From positions 1 through 38,033 of the IMG/VR virus record IMGVR_UViG_3300018050_000387: 38,033 nucleotides of DNA; one strand, written 5' to 3'. The first letter of the stretch is position 1; the number at the start of each line of letters is the position of its first letter. The position numbers and the translations under genes are program-made. Shown in pieces: positions 33,828 through 38,033 of the stretch. The notes beneath the pieces were generated by a model. That model was given only the letters and a program-made list of their open reading frames with translations, was not told the origin of the DNA and did no database searches. Source of the DNA: a virus (Duplodnaviria; Caudoviricetes).

Positions 33828-34018
33828 GTTTCATCCTCCAATCCTGTCCGGTTAAGTGATATGCCATGCACCCAGTAGTCATCCTCAGTGCCGCCGTGCA
33901 TAGGGCTTTTGATGTACGCATCCCTCGCCGCTTCCGCTAGGACTTGCGTTGTATGTACCGACAGTGTGTGAGGGAGGTCTTCACCTAGAAAATCTACCAT
34001 CCATACAAATTTCATCAT
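33824..34018 (-). CDS. Hypothetical protein (64 aa)
   Basis: GGAG RBS; ATGA overlaps. Confidence 0.7.
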   Translation of the reverse strand: MMKFVWMVDFLGEDLPHTLSVHTTQVLAEAARDAYIKSPMHGGTEDDYWVHGISLNRTGLEDET

Positions 34019-34110
34019 GGTCTCCACAGGAATACATCCAACAGGATGACGATGATTGCCAACAGGAATACTGCGCGTTCGATGCGCTCTCGGATTGTTA
34101 AGTTAGTCAT
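34015..34110 (-). CDS. 31-aa membrane microprotein
   Basis: GGAGG RBS; MTNLTIRERIERAVFLLAIIVILLDVFLWRP; ATGA overlaps at both ends. Confidence 0.75.
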   Translation of the reverse strand: MTNLTIRERIERAVFLLAIIVILLDVFLWRP

Positions 34111-34445
34111 GCTGCCTCCACTTTGTATCCACGGTTCATCCACACCTCCATCTTGATGTTGCGAAACCAGTCAGCCACGGTTGGTATGCGTCCACCGCAG
34201 TCTTCTTTAACATGTTGCTCCCCTATGTAGCGTACTGGCACTAGCTTGCCATCGCTATTGGTAATTTCCCTACCAAAGACACGCTCACACTCGAATATGC
34301 CTTGGCTGTGGTGTCTCAGGGCGCGGTGCCGTGCGTCTGCGAACTGCTCTTTGGTCGCGTCAAACCAGTCGTGTATGTCTGCGTAGTCCTCGGGTTTGCC
34401 GCCCCAGATTTTTACGCTGGTCAATGCGTGATGACATGGGTGCAT
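34107..34445 (-). CDS. DUF6915-like His-rich protein
   Basis: HPCHHA..S...WGG..EDY..IH.WFD, RHRALRHH, IGEQHV.ED; GAGGAG RBS. Confidence 0.8.
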   Translation of the reverse strand: MHPCHHALTSVKIWGGKPEDYADIHDWFDATKEQFADARHRALRHHSQGIFECERVFGREITNSDGKLVPVRYIGEQHVKEDCGGRIPTVADWFRNIKMEVWMNRGYKVEAA

Positions 34446-34447
34446 GG

Positions 34448-34882
34448 TTACTCCTCGCTTAGGTTAAAGCTGTGATCTTCTGTGGACATGTAGTTGATAC
34501 CAACATCCAGCTGGATTATTGGCGGTGAAGTTGAGAAGTCGATCTCCAGTGTGCCTTGCCCTCCATCGTTGTTGTACCAGTCCAGCCCTTCGTTTTCCAA
34601 GGCTTTAAATGTTAACTCTTTGGCAATTTCTTCGATAGACATCAGCCCTTCTTTGGTAACTTCTGTCCACGTCTTGTATTCTTCATCAAAGCAACTTTCA
34701 TCAGAACTCCAAGGTATCTGTGCAGTCAGTGGGATTGCCGCTGTTTGGCCTGTGTTGTACGCATCGACACTCTCGATGTCGCCTGAGTCACCACCTCCAG
34801 AGAAGGTAACGACCAGCTTAGAGACACCCAGTGTGCGTAGGGTTGTGAGAAATACTGCGCGATGTTTGGGGCTTGGGAACAT
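34448..34882 (-). CDS. DUF6878-like acidic protein
   Basis: FSGGGDSGDIE, WYNNDGGQG; AAGGA RBS. Confidence 0.78.
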   Translation of the reverse strand: MFPSPKHRAVFLTTLRTLGVSKLVVTFSGGGDSGDIESVDAYNTGQTAAIPLTAQIPWSSDESCFDEEYKTWTEVTKEGLMSIEEIAKELTFKALENEGLDWYNNDGGQGTLEIDFSTSPPIIQLDVGINYMSTEDHSFNLSEE

Positions 34883-34893
34883 GATAGGTATCC

Positions 34894-35076
34894 TTACAGG
34901 TTGACTTCAACATACTGCGCTCGGATGGAATACCCAAGCTGCTTGATGATGTCCAGGTTGTCTTGCGTCAATGTCTTTTGATCGACCAACCGGGCGAACA
35001 ACTTTGCCTTCTCACACTTGGGGTATATGTTTGTATTGCCATACACCGTGCGTGGTTCTACGATGATCTCGTTCAT
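34894..35076 (-). CDS. Hypothetical protein (60 aa)
   Basis: VYGN..IYP.C..AKLFA.L...KTLT...IKQLGY; GGAG RBS. Confidence 0.75.
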   Translation of the reverse strand: MNEIIVEPRTVYGNTNIYPKCEKAKLFARLVDQKTLTQDNLDIIKQLGYSIRAQYVEVNL

Positions 35077-35255
35077 GATCGTGCTCCAATGAGTTGATAG
35101 ACCTCGGCCAAGATGTACAGTGCTTGGTCAACCTTCAGCTTGATGTCATCGTGGGCACGGATGTATGGGTGGTTTCCCAAGTGGTCTTCGATGATCTCGC
35201 CCACCATGTGTGCTCGGTCAAGTGCTTCGTGGGCTAGGAATGGGTCGGGCTTCAT
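35073..35255 (-). CDS. Hypothetical protein (60 aa)
   Basis: HEALDRAH...LGNHPY...YQLIG; ATGA overlaps. Confidence 0.75.
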   Translation of the reverse strand: MKPDPFLAHEALDRAHMVGEIIEDHLGNHPYIRAHDDIKLKVDQALYILAEVYQLIGARS

Positions 35256-35410
35256 GCGTCAATCTCCCACATGGTTTCGGGTAGGTATGCAACCAAAATA
35301 TCCATCGGTACAGCTGTTAACAACTCCTCAATGGCAGTCACATCCCCTGCTTCGATGTCTTGTTTGATCTGCTCAATCACCAAGTCAATCACAATCTTTA
35401 AGTCGCTCAT
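35252..35410 (-). CDS. Hypothetical acidic protein (52 aa)
   Basis: MSDLKIVIDLVIEQIKQDIEAGDVTAIEELL...; GGAG RBS; ATGA overlaps. Confidence 0.7.
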   Translation of the reverse strand: MSDLKIVIDLVIEQIKQDIEAGDVTAIEELLTAVPMDILVAYLPETMWEIDA

Positions 35411-35523
35411 GCTGGTAACTCCATGCGCTCGACCATGTAGCCTTCTTCTTTGTAGACCAAGGCTTCGGTTACGGGAATGTTCTCAATCCAGCGGGCTTGC
35501 CGATGCAGGTAAACACGATACAT
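35407..35523 (-). CDS. Hypothetical microprotein (38 aa)
   Basis: AAGGAG RBS; MYRVYLHRQARWIENIPV...; ATGA overlap. Confidence 0.65.
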   Translation of the reverse strand: MYRVYLHRQARWIENIPVTEALVYKEEGYMVERMELPA

Positions 35524-35525
35524 AA

Positions 35526-35693
35526 TTACTCCTTGTTGAGTTGGTTGATCATTCGAGTCAGGCGCAGCTTGCCCTGCTTGTCCATCTTCTGTCTGGCACG
35601 AGCGGCGTACTTATTGCCCGACTTGGGTGCGCAGCACGCACAGGTCATCCCACCTTGGCCGACCATGTATGCCTTCTTGAACAGTCCTTTCAT
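35526..35693 (-). CDS. Basic Cys-containing protein (55 aa)
   Basis: GAGG upstream; GQGGMTCACCAPK. Confidence 0.65.
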   Translation of the reverse strand: MKGLFKKAYMVGQGGMTCACCAPKSGNKYAARARQKMDKQGKLRLTRMINQLNKE

Positions 35694-35808
35694 CCTCGAT
35701 CTCCTTGCAAACTCCACGCACTATGCGCCGTGCGTCTGGGCGTGAGGCTAACCACTTGGACAACCGAGGGTCGTCGTCTTGCAGTAAGCCTGGGGGGTAT
35801 CCCGTCAT
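35611..35808 (-). CDS. Hypothetical protein (65 aa)
   Basis: GGAG RBS; MTGYPPGLLQDDDPRLSKWLASRPDARR; 3' end overlaps next gene. Confidence 0.6.
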   Translation of the reverse strand: MTGYPPGLLQDDDPRLSKWLASRPDARRIVRGVCKEIEDERTVQEGIHGRPRWDDLCVLRTQVGQ

Positions 35809-35972
35809 AGAATAATCTCCAACAGATACCGTAGTTTGTTATGCACCGCATCAAGTTTGGCGATGCAGTCGTCTCGTTTGGATATGTTGTCGATGTTGTT
35901 GCCCACAAAGTACAGGTGTTTTCGGATAGTGGTCAACTCGCGGATTATTTCTATTTCTCGTTCGTCAGTCAT
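35805..35972 (-). CDS. Hypothetical protein (55 aa)
   Basis: MTDEREIEIIRELTTIRKHLYF...; coupled at both ends. Confidence 0.6.
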   Translation of the reverse strand: MTDEREIEIIRELTTIRKHLYFVGNNIDNISKRDDCIAKLDAVHNKLRYLLEIIL

Positions 35973-36186
35973 CTTGCCCCCTTGCTAAGCGTACCAAGTC
36001 CATCATCTCGCCGATATGGTTGCCCAACAAACGCCCAACTTCGTCATCCCAATACAGGAAGTTGAGTTGTGCGTTCATAAAACCAACCATCAGGTTGTCC
36101 CTGCGGCATTCGTTCATAGCTTGTAACCAACGCAGGCGAATTGCCTGTGCGCTAAGGAGGTCGTACAGTGTTGATTTAGCTTTCAT
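35965..36186 (-). CDS. Hypothetical protein (73 aa)
   Basis: GGAG RBS; fills gap. Confidence 0.7.
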   Translation of the reverse strand: MKAKSTLYDLLSAQAIRLRWLQAMNECRRDNLMVGFMNAQLNFLYWDDEVGRLLGNHIGEMMDLVRLARGQDD

Positions 36187-36190
36187 GATT

Positions 36191-36418
36191 TCATCTCCAA
36201 CTAAGTAATGCAGTCATTTCGACAAGCTTTTTTGCTTCGATGTAGAACAGAGTTTCACTGTCCCCCAGTATCATCAAGTTGCCGTTGTCGCGGTACATGG
36301 CAACGCAGTTGCCGTTACCTTTCTCATGCACCAAGCCAACCTGTTGTCCAGTATCCATGTCGTAGTAGTCGGCGCGTTTGCCTTTGTTGTCATACCTCCA
36401 ATAAAACGATTTCTTCAT
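36191..36418 (-). CDS. Hypothetical protein (75 aa)
   Basis: GGGGGA upstream of ATG; MKKSFYWRY...EAKKLVE. Confidence 0.7.
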   Translation of the reverse strand: MKKSFYWRYDNKGKRADYYDMDTGQQVGLVHEKGNGNCVAMYRDNGNLMILGDSETLFYIEAKKLVEMTALLSWR

Positions 36419-36422
36419 GATT

Positions 36423-36734
36423 TCATCCCCCAAATAGTGTTGTAGGCCCAAATGGTAAGCCTGCTTTAGCCAACAGCTTGTCGCGTATGGCGGAGTATCT
36501 CTCTACGATTTCAAAGTCGTCATCACATCGGTCGGCATAGTCGTCTGCCAATACAGCCAAGTCATACAGTTCTGATCGAGTTAGTTCTTCAGTCATGATT
36601 TCCCTTTGTGTGATGAGTTGCTGGGCGATCTTCTCACCACATGATGCACAGGTTGGTCGTTGTGCCTTTGCCCGTTGTGGTTCGACACGCACTGCGTAAC
36701 AGTGCGTACATATGGGTAGGTGGTAGTCTTCCAC
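36423..36734 (-). CDS. C4 zinc finger (DksA/TraR-like spacing) read in frame into a small acidic ORF
   Basis: AAGGA-GTG start; CTHC...R...TCASCGE; second in-frame ATG at 36596 with AGGGA RBS. Confidence 0.6.
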   Translation of the reverse strand: MEDYHLPICTHCYAVRVEPQRAKAQRPTCASCGEKIAQQLITQREIMTEELTRSELYDLAVLADDYADRCDDDFEIVERYSAIRDKLLAKAGLPFGPTTLFGG

Positions 36735-36736
36735 GG

Positions 36737-36889
36737 TCAGTCCTTCCAGGCCATGGCCAGGGTGATTGCGCCCATGCCACCTGCATATATTAAGAGCAGC
36801 TGTCTGAGGTAGTACCCATCGCCGTCCCAGCCTACATATCCAGCTAGCATTGTCAAGACGGTGCAGCACACCAAGAATAGTTTGTCCAT
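36737..36889 (-). CDS. Small membrane protein (50 aa)
   Basis: MDKLFLVCCTVLTMLAGYVGWDGDGYYLRQLLLIYAGGMGAITLAMAWKD; two hydrophobic segments; AAAGG upstream. Confidence 0.6.
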   Translation of the reverse strand: MDKLFLVCCTVLTMLAGYVGWDGDGYYLRQLLLIYAGGMGAITLAMAWKD

Positions 36890-36891
36890 AA

Positions 36892-37071
36892 TCAGCCTTT
36901 CAGCTTGAGGTACTCAGCCAAGAACGCATCGGGGTCGTCCAAAGGGCCGAGGGAATCCATCGGGTTGAAGTCATCAACGAACCGCCACATGAACCCTTCA
37001 TCGGATTCGGACAGGTAGTTGGGGGGTGTGACGATGTGGTCAGCTTCAAGATACATGAGATCGTTGGGCAT
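36892..37071 (-). CDS. Highly acidic small protein (59 aa)
   Basis: GGAGG RBS; MPNDLMYLEADH...DDFNPMDSLGPLDDPDAFLAEYLKLKG. Confidence 0.7.
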   Translation of the reverse strand: MPNDLMYLEADHIVTPPNYLSESDEGFMWRFVDDFNPMDSLGPLDDPDAFLAEYLKLKG

Positions 37072-37118
37072 AGTGCCTCCAATGGTTGAGTGAGTTAGTG
37101 GGGAATCCCTTGATTCGC

Positions 37119-37147
37119 TTGACTTGCCGAATTTTATTTGTTATGCT
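37119..37147 (+). promoter_or_regulatory. Sigma70-type promoter with extended -10
   Basis: TTGACT-17 nt-TATGCT with TGn before the -10. Confidence 0.6.
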
Positions 37148-37240
37148 TCTGCCCAAGCAGAAGTGATTGAGACCGATTAGGAACAAGCGGTCGATTGACG
37201 GCATGATAGGTGCGGACGCTGCCGCACACCACCAAGCTGG

Positions 37241-37603
37241 GTGAATATTCCGGTGGAAAATTGTGTTGGAATATTCTCGTGAGTGGGTACTTACGCTAGA
37301 ACCCGCATGGATACTAGGGGGTTAGTGGTCACTAACGGGAATATTCCAATATTCCAGATTTTGGAAAGGGTCAGGCGGGTTTTGAGATATTGTGGATTGT
37401 GTGTATGACGCGATCTCACGCAACAATCGTCATCATCTCTCGCGTAAGGGCGTCTGACTATGTGGAATATTGGAATATTAGAATATTGAGTATTACATAG
37501 ATACATAAGTGGTTGATTCCTATGGATATTTTATGTAGTACTGAATATTCCGGTGAATATTCCGCTGGACACCCCTGGAATATTCTCGTGAGTGCCCACT
37601 AAC
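37241..37603. repeat. AATATT iteron region (candidate replication origin)
   Basis: Ten AATATT copies, a 17-bp inverted repeat, about 50-bp imperfect direct repeats, non-coding. Confidence 0.75.
37506..37518 (-). promoter_or_regulatory. IHF consensus site
   Basis: Minus strand AATCAACCACTTA matches WATCAANNNNTTR. Confidence 0.55.
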
Positions 37604-37605
37604 AT

Positions 37606-37794
37606 TCACCCCCACAATCTGTTGGTCGCCATGCCGCGCATGAATCCACCACCAACGAGCACTTGAGGTGGCGTGGGTGCGATCAGTAAAGAGAAGGGGC
37701 CACGAATGTCTCGGTGGTCAAACATCGCATCCTTGACACGCTTGGGGGGCATAGGGGCAATTGACTGCCCTTTGGGCAAAAGATGTACACGCAT
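37606..37794 (-). CDS. Hypothetical protein (62 aa)
   Basis: CTGGAG RBS with A/C-rich leader. Confidence 0.7.
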   Translation of the reverse strand: MRVHLLPKGQSIAPMPPKRVKDAMFDHRDIRGPFSLLIAPTPPQVLVGGGFMRGMATNRLWG

Positions 37795-37856
37795 TGGATT
37801 CTCCAGTTAAGTTAGTGAGTGATGAGCAGTTTGCGTCCGTACTCAGGGACAATGGA

Positions 37857-38033
37857 TCAGGCTTCGACAACTTGCTGTTGCTCAGCCTTGCGGGTAGCGT
37901 GGTACTCATTGACGGCACGGATAATGTCAGTCACCAATGCCTTGAGTTCCATCTCAACAGCCAGCTTAGAACCAGCAACCAGCGCACCAGACTTCTTGTC
38001 AATACGCATACCATCGTTCTTCGCCAGCTTTGC
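37857..38033 (-). CDS. Hypothetical protein, C-terminal part (truncated by window edge)
   Basis: Open frame AKLAKNDGMRIDKKSGALVAG...EQQQVVEA-stop. Confidence 0.65.
   Translation of the reverse strand, partial: AKLAKNDGMRIDKKSGALVAGSKLAVEMELKALVTDIIRAVNEYHATRKAEQQQVVEA

Larger units (their letters stand above)
1..38033. mobile_element. Tailed dsDNA bacteriophage genome segment (podovirus-like; virion, replication and early modules)
   Basis: Dense, translationally coupled genes; ejection-type proteins, phage PolA, DUF927 primase/helicase, SNF2, VRR-NUC; two convergent blocks; no host housekeeping genes. Confidence 0.97.

Noticed and set aside
37146-37163. Hairpin as intrinsic terminator
   Set aside because: No U tract follows on either strand; kept only as a possible operator overlapping the promoter.
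37291-37506. 71-aa ORF across the iteron region
   Set aside because: Translation simply reflects the AATATT repeats (NIPIF, WNIGIF); no RBS.
37241-37603. Possible CRISPR array
   Set aside because: Repeats are 6-17 bp, irregularly spaced and partly inverted; there is no repeat-spacer periodicity. The Cas4-like nuclease is a normal phage replication gene.
37812-37859. Stop-codon readthrough or hammerhead ribozyme at the pseudoknot
   Set aside because: Readthrough would add only 14 codons before a TAA; the CUGAUGA/GAAA hammerhead core is not present.

Overview
The whole window is part of a tailed dsDNA phage genome with podovirus-like organisation; a betaproteobacterial, probably freshwater, host is my inference from gene content, not shown. 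Two transcription blocks converge at a terminator near 15.0 kb. The + strand (1-15003) is the end of the virion module: tail nozzle-like protein (5' truncated), GNAT-fold protein, a P22 gp7-like ejection protein, a PAPS-reductase/PP-loop protein, a second ejection-type protein, a 2837-aa polyvalent protein (L,D-transpeptidase-like, zincin, ART-like and PLxRFG-like segments) and three small genes. The - strand (15068-38033) carries replication genes (primase-DUF927 helicase, SSB-like protein, SNF2 helicase, HNH, VRR-NUC, PD-(D/E)XK nuclease, family A polymerase), an AAA+/DUF3150-like/vWA-metallopeptidase module, many tiny coupled early genes, and a non-coding AATATT-iteron region with an IHF consensus (candidate origin). 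The most striking signal is a set of three small ORFs, each with its own Shine-Dalgarno, nested in the +1 frame of the giant polyvalent gene. No integrase, tRNA, rRNA or CRISPR array was seen. All family names come from motif recognition by eye; no searches were run.
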